From assembly GCF_009914755.1 (NCBI RefSeq), contig NC_060944.1: DNA of 64,000 bases, one strand, 5' to 3'. This document shows, piece by piece, positions 1 to 12,590 of this stretch; position 1 is the first letter of the stretch, and each line of letters begins with the position of its first letter. This DNA is from the human T2T-CHM13v2.0 reference genome, Homo sapiens. Below the pieces are notes generated by a model. The model did not search any database. It was not told the DNA's origin and was given only the letters and a program-made list of their open reading frames with translations. The translations under genes and the position numbers were made by a program.

Positions 1-504
1 CATGAGTTCATTCAAGGAAGTGGCAGCAACATAAGAAAATGCAGCAGAAATGAATGGAACATGCATTCAATCTCTTAAAAAATAATCAAAGCGGGAAAGA
101 AAATTCCTAATTTACAGGAAACTTTAAAATCCTCCCAACATTCTCCCCACTAAAACTTTTTCACATCCTGGATGACCACCACCCTGCAGCTCTATCCTCG
201 TCACTCTCCTCCACACCCCTTCCAACCCAGGCTGTCCCATGGCGAAGCTCCGCTTTCCACCCACTTCTTCACCTCTGTGTCAGAGACTTCCTGCTGGCTT
301 CGGTTTTACCTCCCTTTTCCCATCACTCAGATTAGGTACAAAAGGAGGGCAATGGACCCAACAAGCATGAATCCTTAGCATGACAAACACCTAATACTCC
401 ATGTATTTTCTTTCGTTTCCATTCCATTTGTCAGGCAGCATATTCTATTCCCTAGCACCACAGTTCAGTGTCCTGTTTTCTTGCCTGTATCCATTTGTCC
501 CCTC

Positions 505-665
505 ATGCACACACACACACACGTGCACACACACACGCAGACACACACACATGTGCACACATGCACAGACAGATGCACACATGCCTGCATACATGCACAT
601 GCACAGGCACACACACACACGTGCACACATGCACACACAAACACAGGCACACATGCACACACACA
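505..665. repeat. Degenerate (CA)n/(TGCACA)n alternating purine-pyrimidine repeat
   Basis: About 160 bp of CACACA interspersed with ATGCAC/GTGCAC; source of the His/Thr and Cys/Val ORFs at 401-870. Confidence 0.95.
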
Positions 666-1675
666 AAGTGGATGTCTGAGTCACCTGTAGGGATGATTGC
701 AGTGAATTAACTCTGTTGACTTCCAGGCTTGTACATGTAAGGATTGAGGATACTTCTGGATACCATGAATTTCTCATGGATAGAACCCTTAAGGCACAGA
801 ATTGCAGCTCCTGTAACTCATTGTCAGCCTGGGTGGAGGTTAAAAAATAACAGCAACAAAGTATTTCCAAATATTATACCTTTTGGAAATCAAATTAAAT
901 CTCTACCCAGCTCTCTCTTACTCCAACAAATGATCCTTCTCAAACATTCATTCTTCCCCAATCAACTCCTGCCATCCAAAATTATTTGCCTGATGTCTAT
1001 CCCTGATGAGACAATTACTTTAAATGCTCAAATCATTCTGTGAATGAAAGATCCTGAGGGAAATAATTTTTAAAAATATAATCAGATCTGGAGTTTTAGG
1101 GAGTTTTTATGTAGCTCTGTATAATTCAGTCCTTCTTCAGAGGAGGGATTCTCAAGACAATCCATGTGGCCTCCTCACGTCCAGCCTGGCCAAGTCTGAT
1201 ACACACCACTCCGTCTCCCATGCATGAATGTGTTCCCTCAGCACACATGGGAACTCAGGTTCTACAGAGTATTTCAGCCTTTATCCACCAGCTTCTGCTT
1301 TCCCTACTTACAGAGGATATTAAATAAAATAAACAGTGGAAACATGCCATGGAAATGCTCAGAGAATGTGGGGCTGGACATCGTGTCAGTGTCACCAATA
1401 TGCACTGGTGACATGAAAATCAGATCTCTGAGAAAACTCAATATTTTTAACTAGTCTGAGTTGGGGGATAATCCTGCTTACAAACACATATTCAAAGATG
1501 ACCAAGAAATAGTTAACTGATTTCATCTTCAGTTTTTCTGCTTAATTTTTGGACAACAATATACCCTCACCTTAGAGAAGGCAGAAGGTATCAACATTTA
1601 CATTTCCCATATGATTCAACCCCAAAACAATTCTGGCTGGATTTCAGGATCTTCATGAAACTATCTGTTCACGGC

Positions 1676-2400
1676 TGTGTAGTAAATAATTAATCTTACT
1701 AAGGTGAGGTCTGATCTTAGTACCCACTCCTGGGCTCCCGAGAAGTAATCTCTAAAGCCTTGGAATATTCTGGTAGTAGTCTTTGCTATTCATAGTGGGC
1801 CCCCTGGGACCACACCTGATAGTTTATGCTATGAGTGGATTCTGTATGGAGGCTAGCTAATCCAGGAAGACCACTTGAGTGATTAGATGGTTGGGGCTTT
1901 GAGCTATGCAAGATTAGCTTGAGCTCCTGGAAGGGAGAGGGGCTGAAAAATTAGTTCAGTTATGTTGTTAATGATTTAATTAATCATATACATAATGCAT
2001 TATTATAAAAACTCTGGAGACTGAAGCTCAGGTGAGCCTCCTGGTTAACCACACTTTATGTGTATTGCTGCACGTTGATGATGGGAGGGTAACGCACACC
2101 TGAGGATGACAGAAGCTTTATGTTTGGAACCCTCCCAGACTTCTCCCTGTGTCTGTTTTGTTAGCTTGTTCTATTTTGTATCTTTATGCTATAATAAAAT
2201 TTTAATGCAAGTATACTTTTCTGAGATCTGTGAGTCATTCTAGTGAATTATCCAGCCCGAGGGAGTTTGTGGTGACCCCTAAATTCGAGCCAGCTGATAT
2301 GAAGTGATGCTGTCCCTGGGGACCCTAAAATTGCAGCTGGTGTCTGAAGGGAAGACAAATTTGTGGGGAGTAGTGCCTTAGACTTCGCAGTTTGAATAAA
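1676..2400 (+). mobile_element. MER21-family solo LTR
   Basis: Starts TGTGTAGTAAATAATTAATCTT; contains MER21-type blocks (CTCTAAAGCCTTGGAATATT, GGACCACACCTGATAGTTTATGCTA, GAAGCTCAGGTGAGCCTCCTGGTT) and AATAAA near 2193. Family recalled from consensus; 3' end approximate. Confidence 0.8.
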
Positions 2401-3235
2401 CTCCTTTATAATGGATACAACCAATACTTCCTAGAGCTGTAAATCTTCTGATTCTTCCAGGCAAGGTGCTATTAACACCTCCAGGCTTTATGTTCTATAG
2501 TGGATCCCAGGTCACTGAGGTAATGTGGTCTTGTCAAACCTGAGTTTCCAAGGGATATGATTGAACTGTTTTGGAACAAGAACTTTTAGTGAGATCACGG
2601 GACAACCTTCTCCCCTTTTCTTTCCTAACTGTTCCTTGGCTTATAGATTGTTGATAAAAGAAGAGTACTTTGATACCTACTGGGGTTCAGAGGAGAACAG
2701 CAGTGCCACAGTTTCAGGAATATCACTGAGCAGGTTTATTTCCCAGCGTTACCAGCCTTCCTTGTTCCTAAGGAGACAGATATCAGGCTCTGGTTGGCTA
2801 GTATCCATCCTAGGAGAACTCTGGACTCCCCCTGAGTTTACACCTTCACCATCTCTTTTCCCCTAGCTTCAGTCTTTATATCTGCAAAGTGTGGGAAATG
2901 CCAGCACATGGTGGTGATGACATTCATTGTAATGCTAATGGCCCAGACTTCTTAAAGGGACAAAAGTAGTATATATCAAGGTTTTGCAACAATTGAAGAT
3001 GCTGAATCAGTGATGCAGGCTCCAGTTCAGGGGTGGTCAAATGAGAGGAAAAGTGGTAATGTAAACACAGGTCTCAGAGGAAAAAGCACAGAAATAGATT
3101 ACATATCGTCAAGTGGAAGACAGGAAAAGAAAATTCTGCATGCATACGCAGCAAAGTTCCTCACAAATAGGCTTATTCCTACAGCGTATTTCGTGATAAC
3201 CCTTCAGTTTCCATTTCATTTCTTAACTTGTGATA

Positions 3236-3310
3236 TTTACCCACAGCATGTCGGGGGCAACCCACAGCATGGTGGGGGCAATTTTACCCACAGCATGTCA
3301 GGGGCAATTC
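3236..3310. repeat. Three-copy ~22-26 bp tandem repeat (ACCCACAGCATGnnGGGGCAA)
   Basis: Copies begin at about 3239, 3260 and 3286. Confidence 0.9.
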
Positions 3311-3601
3311 AGTGTGTGATACATGGTATGTCGGTGTGGGTAGCATGTTTCAGAGTCACCAGAAGATGAGAGTAGACTTGGCACAAGGGATTCAGGGTAT
3401 TAGGAAGTGAAAGCTTCAAATATTGCAGATATTGAAAAGTTATGGATTTAAAGCAGATTATTCCATTGGCATTCCTCTGCATGAGGACAGCAGGTGTCCT
3501 GAAGTGAATTAAGTGTGAATGCAACAGGCTTAACTAGTTTGAAACCCTTTTGGATCTTGGGTCATAGTCAAACCCCTAGGGCTGATTAAACCGTTTGAGG
3601 G

Positions 3602-4334
3602 TGAGAAATACAAATAAAATTCCAAGCCCCTCCAACCAATTGAAAAGTCCTCCTCTTGACCAAGGGGACCTCCTCTTGACCAGAGAAGCCTTAAAAACTC
3701 AACTCCCAGCTATGACAGGACAGAAAGTGGGACATGCCTCATTACACCCCCTCCCTCACTAACTACATTAGACTTCATTTCTTAAGAGTTAAACAGAATC
3801 CAGTGTTTTTGAAAGAAAGACTTGCTCCATCACTTATTTCAACAAACCTCCTGATGCTGCAGCCAGACCCCCTCCGCTTTTTGCAGTTTCAGAACAACAG
3901 CCCATCAGCATTTCCTCCTCATAAGAGATCACGAATCACAACCTGGCTCTGGCTGGTCTATGGAGGCTGCAGACAGGGCACCTCTGTGTCCTCCATGTCA
4001 CCATTTCATGTGTAGAGCCTAACTGTAATGCATTTAAGTGTTAAGTCTCCACTCCAAAGTGAACACAGGATTTATATAACATGTATGTTTGCTTACTACA
4101 TATGTGCATGTGAATATCCATAGTTCTTCCCATAACCTGTTCAATGTGTCTTCTTAGCCAGCCTGTTGAGCATAACTTCCTGTCTCACCCATCCGTCTTC
4201 GAAGTGCCTGCTTTTGTTTCTGCTGGAGGATGTGCTTCCCAATCTGTAGGGTGGCCAGCCTGCAGGCTGCAACTCTTTATGAGAAATAAAGCTCTCCTTT
4301 CCAAATCTATAGGTCTTGTGATTTTAAGTGGACA
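3602..4334 (+). mobile_element. ERV1 solo LTR, MER39/MER34-like
   Basis: TG...CA ends (TGAGAAATACAAATAAAATTCCAAGCCCC ... TTAAGTGGACA), AATAAA near 4285, near-matching 4-bp flanks AGGG/AAGG, and MER4-group LTR motifs (GACATGCCTCATTACACCCCCTCC). Subfamily uncertain. Confidence 0.75.
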
Positions 4335-5291
4335 AAGGTGAGGAGCAGATCTGGGCAAGCCAGGGTCTTAAGCAGGGAGCTGGTCAGTGCCAAGACCACA
4401 GGGCTAGGAGGCTGCCCCTGGTTATCCTCAGCCAGAACATCCTAGGACCAGAACTCAGTTCCAAGTGAGATCAATGCAGGAACCAGTACAGAGAAATCCA
4501 GAGGGAAGATATAGCAGAAAAAGGCATGTAGGCTCAAAGGATGTGGCCTGGAGATGGAGTGAGTCTTGGGGCCACCTCCAGATATACAAAGAGAAGTTGA
4601 TACGAGGACCCCCAGAAGCAACAGAAGGACTGGGACTGAAAGGTCTTACCCAAGATCAGGGCACTTGTCCTCCTGCCCCCTAGCTCCCATTCCTCCACTA
4701 GAGTTCTTGCCTCCCTTAGCACTTCTTCTCAACCTCATAGATATTCCCAAATCATTTTATGGGTGACAACATGAGACCCATTTTATGGTCAAGTCCTATG
4801 CTCAAGATACACACTAAGAAATGATAAAATGTGCAAGTTTCTGACAGCAAAGCCAAGGTTTCTTGCACATTTCCAGTCTGTCTCTCTGTGCATCAGTGCT
4901 CCAGCCCTGGGACTGTCAAGTCACCAAGCACTGCTCCCAATATCTAAACTTGAACATCTGAGAATGTGGGAGAAGCACTCAGTTGCTAATTTAAAAAAAA
5001 AATGACTGCTCCTGTTTGCTGTAACAAAAGCTATACTTGAAAGAACACAAGGATACCAAGTGGGCATGGGATGGCAGAATATGACAGTGTGACAGCCGGG
5101 ACACGGTGTCTCTTTCACTAATCACTGAAAACAACTGAATCTTGTTATCGGGACCTAACCTCAAGAATGTGATACCCAGACAGACACTTCACAATGGGTC
5201 TCATTGTCTTGTCCTGGCTCATCTTCATGGCTTTGCACCCCACCAAGTCTGCTCCTGTGATCTGCTGTTTCCCTCTTTCCCTCTCCCGCTC

Positions 5292-5650
5292 TGATATAGT
5301 TTGACTGTGTCCCCACACAAATCTTACCTTGAATTGTAATAATCCCCATGTGTCAAGGGCGGGGCCAAGTGGAGGAAATTGAATCATGGGTTTGTTTCCC
5401 CATACTGTTCTCATGGTAGTGAATAAGTCTCACGAGATCTGATGGTCTTATACATGGCAGTTCCCTTGCACAAGCCCTCTCTTGCCTGCCACCATCCATG
5501 TAAGACATGACTTTGCTCCTCCTTGCCTTCTGCCATGATTGTGAGGCCTCCCCAGACAGGTGGAACTGTGAGTCCATTAAACCTCTTTCCTTCATAAATT
5601 ACCCAGTCTCAGAAGTGTCTCTGTCAACAGCATGAGAACAGATTAATACA
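5292..5650 (+). mobile_element. THE1 (MaLR) solo LTR
   Basis: TGATATAGTTTGACTGTGTCCCCAC ... CAGCATGAGAACAGATTAATACA, 359 bp, with 5-bp TSD CGCTC/CTCTC. Confidence 0.93.
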
Positions 5651-5691
5651 CTCTCCCTCCTTCCCCTGCCCTCCTTTCCCCCACTACATGT

Positions 5692-5730
5692 TCTCACTTT
5701 CACTCTTACTCTCACTCTCACTCTATCTCT
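5692..5730. repeat. (CTCACT)n degenerate hexamer repeat
   Basis: TCTCACTTTCACTCTTACTCTCACTCTCACTCTATCTCT. Confidence 0.7.
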
Positions 5731-6041
5731 GGAAAGTATATAAAAACAGGAGCAAATATACAAATCAAAAAAGTTCATAAAGATTTCCTCAACCTGAACA
5801 AACCATTGGAAAACTGCTCCTATTTGAGGTGAAAGCTGCACCTGATGGCCCTTGGGTGTGACTCAGAGTAGTTCACAGGAACATAATCCCAGAGGAAGGT
5901 GCGGAGAGGCTTCATGGGCATCTGGGTGGATTATAGTCATGAGATGGGGTTGCTTACATCTCTCTACACCGAGAGTATAGACAAGGGTGATACAGCTGCT
6001 GAGAAATGTGGTTGTTCTACTCCTTTAAAATAATCAGAATG

Positions 6042-8275
6042 GTTCTGTTTCCAGGAATGTGGAAAATACATACTTTTCCCTGATCTTCCCCCTCTGTACA
6101 ATTAAAGACCCTGGAAATTATAAATAAAGACTATAAGCAGACTACAAAAGATAAGGAGAAGAAAGAAGACTGGCTAGGAACATTAGGACCCAAAGAATGA
6201 CATGAAGGTCAGCTTCCTGGGTTTTCCTTTTTCCTCCTGTATCCCAGATGTGAAGCTGAAAAGTTGCAACCCAAAAATGCCACCAGGTAAAGACAACAAA
6301 GTCACAGCAAAAACCTATTCCCTCTGGCCAAAAGACTAGTGAATGGGCAGCCCAGCAAGACAGAACACCTGTAGGCAATAGCTGCTTCACTCCACTCATC
6401 ACCACAGAAAGCAGGGCCAGGTTGGGGGCCTAGACCTCCACCTTTACTGTGCTGTCACCAGGCACATGTCCCTCTCCCTGCTGGGGTGGCGGCTGAGCAG
6501 GCCTAGTGCAGAGCCAGCTTTCACCAATGTGCAGTAGTAAGGAGGCTCTTCTCCCGGCAGTGTCACTGGAGGCTGTGTGGGGAGCATAATGAGGCCTTCC
6601 AGCCTGCCCCACCAAGGGAGGCATCAGGGACATCAGTGGAGGTGGGGATGGGTGGGGTGGAGCATGGGGAGAAGCCAACTGCTGCCCAGCCCAGCAGGAA
6701 CAGATGCCCCCATCTCCAGAGTTCAACTGAGCCCACGTGGGCAATCTGGATTCTCCGACCCAGCACTGAGGAGGCAGCCCCTTCATTTCCCCTGCAGAAA
6801 AGGTGCCAGAAGAGGTCAGCTAAGACAGAAAACTTAAATAAGATCCAGAGTCATACAATATAATACTCAAAAGGTATAGGTTTCAGTCAAAATCCACTCA
6901 TCACACAAAGAACCAGGCTGACATCAAACTAAATGAAAAATTGGAATCAATAGATGCCAATGCCAAGATGACAGCTGTTTGAACCAACTTACAGAGATTT
7001 TAAAACAGCCACAGTGAAAATGCTTTCATAAGCCATTGTGAACGTGCTCACAACAAATTTTAAAAAATAGAAAATTTTAGCAGTCTCACTAAAGAAAAAG
7101 AAGCTATGAAAAAGAATCATGTAAAAATTTTAGAACGGAAAAACATAATAAACGAAATTTAAAAACTCAGCGGATGGTAACAACAGAGTAATGGATGTGG
7201 CAGAGGTAAGCATCAGTGATCTGGAAGATAGAAAAATAGAAATTACCCAATGTGAACAATAGAGAGGGAATAGACTAAAAGCAAAAATTAAACAGAGCCT
7301 CATAGACCTGTGGGCTAAAGCAAAAGTTCTAACATTCAAGTCATCAGAGTCCTAGAATGAGAGGAGAAAGAGAGGGTGGGCCTAAAAAAAACTACCTAAA
7401 GAAATAATGGCTGAAAACTTCTCACATTTGGTAAAACACATAAACCTACAGATTGAAGAAGCTGAGCAAACCTGAAACAGGAAAGCCTCCCCAAATCCAC
7501 ATCAGGGTAATGTCATCAAAGTAGTCAAAATTCTGAAAACTGTAGGCCAAGGAGAAATCTTGAAAGTAAATAAGAGGAAAATGACACAATGAAAGTAGGG
7601 AAAAAGTAATTCAAATGACAGTGGAATTCTCATTAAAACCATGAAGACCAGAAGAAAGTAGAACTTTTTTTTTCAAGTGTTGAAATAAAACAACTGTCAT
7701 CCCAATATCCTATAGCTGACAACAATATCCTTCAGAAGATATAAAGACATTCCCAGATGAAAGAAGACTTAAGAGAATTTGTCACCAACAGATCTACCCT
7801 AAAAGAATGATTCACAGGAGTTCACTAAACGGAACAAAAATGAAAAAAGGAGGAATCTTAGAACATCAAGAAGAAAGAAATAACATGGGAAGCAAAAATA
7901 TGGGTAGATACAAGAGTCTTTCCTACCCTTCTTGTGTCTTCTAAATTATGTTTGATGCCTAAATTAAAAATTATAACTTTGTCTAATGTGGCTCTATGTA
8001 GGGTAAATATTTAAAACAATTATATTATAAACTGGGAAAGGTAAAGGAATATACAGGATGGTTACTTTTATAGGAATTGATAAAATGATGACATTAGAAT
8101 ATATACATACATATATACACATATACATATATATATAGTGTCATACCTACAGCAAACACTAAACAATGTTCAAAAAGCTACACAAAGAGCTACACTGAAA
8201 ATCACTCTAAATAAATAAAAATGGGATTCTAAAAAACGTTCAACTGACCAGAAATCAGGAATAAATGTTTAAACA
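6042..8275 (+). mobile_element. Old L1M element: 5' UTR, ORF1 remnant and inter-ORF spacer
   Basis: GC-richer 5' UTR (6300-6830), then A-rich degenerate ORF1 with typical L1 motifs (GAAATAATGGCTGAAAACTTCTCACATTTG, AAAGACATTCCCAGATGAA, GAATTTGTCACCAACAGATCTACCCT). Confidence 0.85.
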
Positions 8276-8279
8276 AAAA

Positions 8280-8893
8280 ACTACAATAGCTACAAATAAA
8301 ATAAAATACCTAGAAATTAACTTAACCAAAGAAGTGAAAGATCTCTACAATAAAAACTATAAAACATTGATTAAAGGATTTGAAGAGGACACCAAAAAAT
8401 GGAAAAATATTTCATATTCATGGATTGGAAGAAAGTAGAGTTAAAATATCCATAGTATCTAAAATTCAATGCAATACCTATCAAAATGACATTCTTCACA
8501 GAAATAGAACCACAAAAGACTCAGAATAGCCAAAGCTATCCTGAACAAAAATAATAATAAAACTGGAGGAATAACATTACCGGGCTTCAAATTATACTAC
8601 AGGGCTATGGTAACCAAAACAGCATGATACTGGCATAAAAACAGACACATAAACCAATGGAACATAATAGATAACCCAGAAATAAATCCATACATCTATG
8701 GTGAACTCATTTTTGACAAAGGTGACAAGAACATACATTGGGGGAAGGACAGTCTTTCAATAAATGGTGCAGGGAAAACTGGATATTTTTATGAAGAATG
8801 AAACTAGACTCCTAACCCTCACCATATACAAAAATCAAATAAAAAATCAAAAGACTTAAATCTAAAACCTCAAAGTATGATACTACTACTAAT
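8280..8893 (+). mobile_element. L1MA-type ORF2 fragment nested in older L1
   Basis: AAAATACCTAGAAATTAACTTAACCAAAGAAGTGAAAGATCTCTACAAT ... GGTAACCAAAACAGCATGATACTGGCATAAAAACAGACACAT; less diverged than the flanks and out of register with them. Confidence 0.85.
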
Positions 8894-8894
8894 A

Positions 8895-10900
8895 GAACAA
8901 AAAAAAATCAGCAAGGGTACAGAAGAATTCAACAACACCATCAATCAGCAGGTTCAAGTCAATATTATGGACCACTCCACCCGACAGCAGAGTATCCATC
9001 TTTTCAAGTATTCAAACAACATATGCCAAGATAGACCATGTCCTAGGCCACAAAACAAACTTTACTAAACGTCATTGATTGAAAAGATCAACAAAACTGA
9101 CAAACCTATAGCAAAACTGTCAAAGACATAAGAGAGAAGACTCAGATTACCAACCTCAGGAATGAAATAGGAGATACTATTGCAGACTTTTGAGGTAGCA
9201 AGAGGAGAATACGGCAGTACTAAAAGCAACTCTGTATTCATAATTTGACAACTCAGATGAACAGTTCCTCAAAACACATAAACTACCACAGCCAAACCAT
9301 AGATAATTTACATAGCCCCATAACGATAAGAAAAGATAGCATAGTTCTCTTTTCATCTTATGAAGCTAGAATGAACCAAATAGCAAAACCAGACAAAAAC
9401 AGTAAAGAGAAAGAAAACCAAGACCAATATCTCTTGTGAAAATAGAAACATCTTTAACAAGATAATAGCAAATATATAAAAAGAAGTAAACACCATGACA
9501 AAATGAGCTGTATTCCAGGGATATAATCTGGTTTAAGTATTAAAAAAACAATTAATGTAAACCACCAAATCAACAGGCTAAACAAGAAACCATACGTGAT
9601 CACATCATTCAATGTAGAAAAAGCATTTGACAAAATTGAACAGCCATCTATGATAAAAACTTTCCTAAAATATTAAGAATAGAGGAGAACATTCTCAACT
9701 TGATGACAGCATCAATTATACAAGTTGAAAGTAGCAGGATGGAAAACGATATATCATGCAAACAGTAATCAAAGAAAAGCAGGAGTGACTGTATTAAAAC
9801 CAAACATAATAGACTTCAGAGTAACTGTATTAAAATCAGAATTTAATGAATTAGAAAAAAAGACAGTAGACCCAACATGTAAGTTTAAAAGATATTGCTT
9901 TGATTCTGTTTCTCATAATACAGAGAATACATTCACTAACTTGGGGGAAAGCACAAGTACACCTTAGAAGAAATGATGATTGGAAAATAACTGTTAAAAG
10001 AGAGAAAAAATACAACAATCAAAGGATACTAATTTACTTAGCTCTACACACACAGAAAAAAATGGAAACCTGATGAAATAAGTAATTTCCTACTGGTAAA
10101 TATTATTTACCAACTGATCACAGTAATGATATGAAATCTAAAAGAGAAAAACTTCTCTTCATGGATAAAATAGAGAAGACCTTCAGTGAGCTTGTACCCT
10201 GCATCCCCCCCAAAAACACTCACAAAGCCTCAGCCCAAATGGTTAATATGGGTAAATAATGGTAGATAACAAAACTTCAAGAACAAGATAATTTTATGTT
10301 ACTTGAATTGTTCTGGAGCATAGACAAAGAAGAAAATATTCCAAATTATTTTGTATGGATCAAATGTAATTTTGTATGAAAAAGGAAGATACAAACAAAT
10401 ATCACCTATGGATATGGATACAAACATTCTAAACATGTTAGCAAACAAAATCTAGCAGCCCTGAGGCGCCATTTCTTACCCATCACATTACAAGATAAAT
10501 TACAACAAATCTTGCAGTGACTTATGGGGAAAAGGCAGAACAATATAACACTGTGGAGGAGAATTTGAAAATATCTGACATTGATACCTTTGACTCAGCA
10601 AACCCATGTCTAAGACTTTAAAGGTGCACCTGCTCAAATGTGAAACAACATGCTACTTATTCAGTGTGGTATCATTTATATCACGAAAATATTGGAAACA
10701 ATGCAATCCGAATGCCCATTTGTAGAAGAGTACCTAAATAAACTACAGTGTAGCAAACACTGGATCACCATGAAGCTCTTTTTAAAAATGGAGGCAGACA
10801 GCTTCCATGCACAGCATGTGGAATAAGGGTGACTTTCAGGTTTTATTGTAAAGTGGAAAAACAAAGAAAACCAGGTGCAGGGCAGGGCATGTAGGATGCC
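8895..10900 (+). mobile_element. Fragmented old L1M/L1ME ORF2 and 3' pieces
   Basis: Endonuclease/RT-region motifs (GWKTIYHANSNQRKAGV in ORF 9725-9967; AGAAAAAGCATTTGACAAAATT), with many deletions and rearranged order. Confidence 0.75.
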
Positions 10901-10979
10901 ACAATTTGTTTAAAATTTAAAAGAACACCATAAATACATAGGTTTCTATGTGTAGATGTATAATTTTGTTTTGTTTTGT

Positions 10980-12590
10980 TTTACTTCAGAAATAAACACT
11001 GAAAGGGTAAATCAAATGCTATCAAAAATCGTCATCCGTAGGCAAAGGGGCCGAGTAAAGGGAAGAGAGATAAAGCTGGGCTTCCCAGGGCAAGTTAAGT
11101 TTAAGTTAAGACTTTATGTTTATAAAGTTTAAGTTTAAGTTAAGTTTAAGTTAAGACTTTATGTTTATAAAGTCTTAACACTTGAGCCATGCAAAATCTT
11201 ACATAGTAAAAACAATAAAAACAAAATAGAAAAGAAAAAATAAATTCTAAAAGTGAAAACAAATAAGCCTAAGCATGTATCAAACGCGAAGCATCACCAC
11301 ACAGAGAAAACATTTACTTCAAACGAATTTAAACATAGCCCTCTATGTATCTTTAGGGAATACGTTCTATTGACAAGAAGAACTGCAATGAAAAAATTAT
11401 CTTTAATCACTAATTTTCATTAGTAGCAATACTGATATAGAAATGTTCAAGCTATTTTATGTATATTGTATGGAAACAAATAAACTAATGTTATTAATCC
11501 AGTTCTTAGATGAAAGAGAAATCATGCACAACTATAAAAGTTCAAAAACTCCTATAATATAAGGTTTTAATTGGAAAAATTAAAAGGCCCTACAGCACTG
11601 TCACTGGTGGCAGCGGGTACCCAGTGCAGAACCAGCAGATTGTGATGAGTGCTTGGTACCACTCTGGATATGGCTGACTCCAAGTCTGGGGCAGGGAACA
11701 TGCAAGGGGAACCCAGATGTTCTATGTAGGTGCCAGAGGATGAACAAAAGACAAACCAACACACACCAAAAACACACAGGCCAGAATCCAAAGAGGTTCC
11801 CACCAGGCACATGTGGGACAATTTAGACATCAAGAAAAATCACTGTAATTGATTTCAAAATATTGAATGAATAAGACTGTATGTGCCCTTAGTGGAAATA
11901 GGAGGGAACTGAGAGACAGAGGACTACGCCTTTACCCTCAGTGGAGGTGACTGACCAATTTCTTTTCCTAAACATTGATTATTAAAGGAAATAATTAATC
12001 TTTTGTCATGCCTGTTTATAAATAATTTAGTCACCCTCAGTTGACAAAGACAAACTCTTCTTCCTAGAAAAACGCCCGCTGAAAGAAATGACAGAATTGG
12101 AAAATGACCTTTCTGTAGCCCTCGGTGATGGATTGATTCCAGCAAGGATCACCAATGGACACTAAATCTGTTAGGCTACAGGTCATGGGAAAGCCCCACA
12201 GATTACTTGTTAATTTCAAGAGAAAAGTTAATTTTACAGTGGAGAGATCAGGCTGGCCCTCCATGAGCCAATCGGTGAAACCTGATGTCAGCAATTATGG
12301 GATGCAGAATTAAAGAGATAGTGTTACCCATGAATTGTTCTTGCCAAAAACATTCAGACTGAGTCCGATCAAGCCATTAGACCAACTTCTAGTATACAGG
12401 AAATACAGGGTCAGGGGAATAAGTTAAATGACACCACAGGAAATAATAAGATAAATCTGATGTCAGATACTCTACATGACATCAAGCTCTGTCTATCTAA
12501 AAAGCTTGCACTATCACAGAAAAGAAGAAATGGCAGTAGGTCAGTCCTAGATTAAAGGAACTATAGTAACAACAACCCAAGGTACTGTAG
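10980..12590 (+). mobile_element. L1MC4/L1MC5-like 3' end
   Basis: Characteristic blocks GAAAGAAATGACAGAATTGGAAAATGACC, GGATCACCAATGGACACTAAA, CCCCACAGATTACTTGTTAATTTCAAGAG. Confidence 0.7.

Noticed and set aside
401-870. His/Thr-rich and Cys/Val-rich ORFs
   Set aside because: Translations of the CA/TG simple repeat, open in several frames.
1390-1413. 8-bp inverted repeat TGTCACCA...TGGTGACA
   Set aside because: Short enough to be expected by chance in 64 kb; no supporting context.
3236-3310. Repeat cluster as a CRISPR-like array
   Set aside because: No unique spacers, no cas genes, and a mammalian context.
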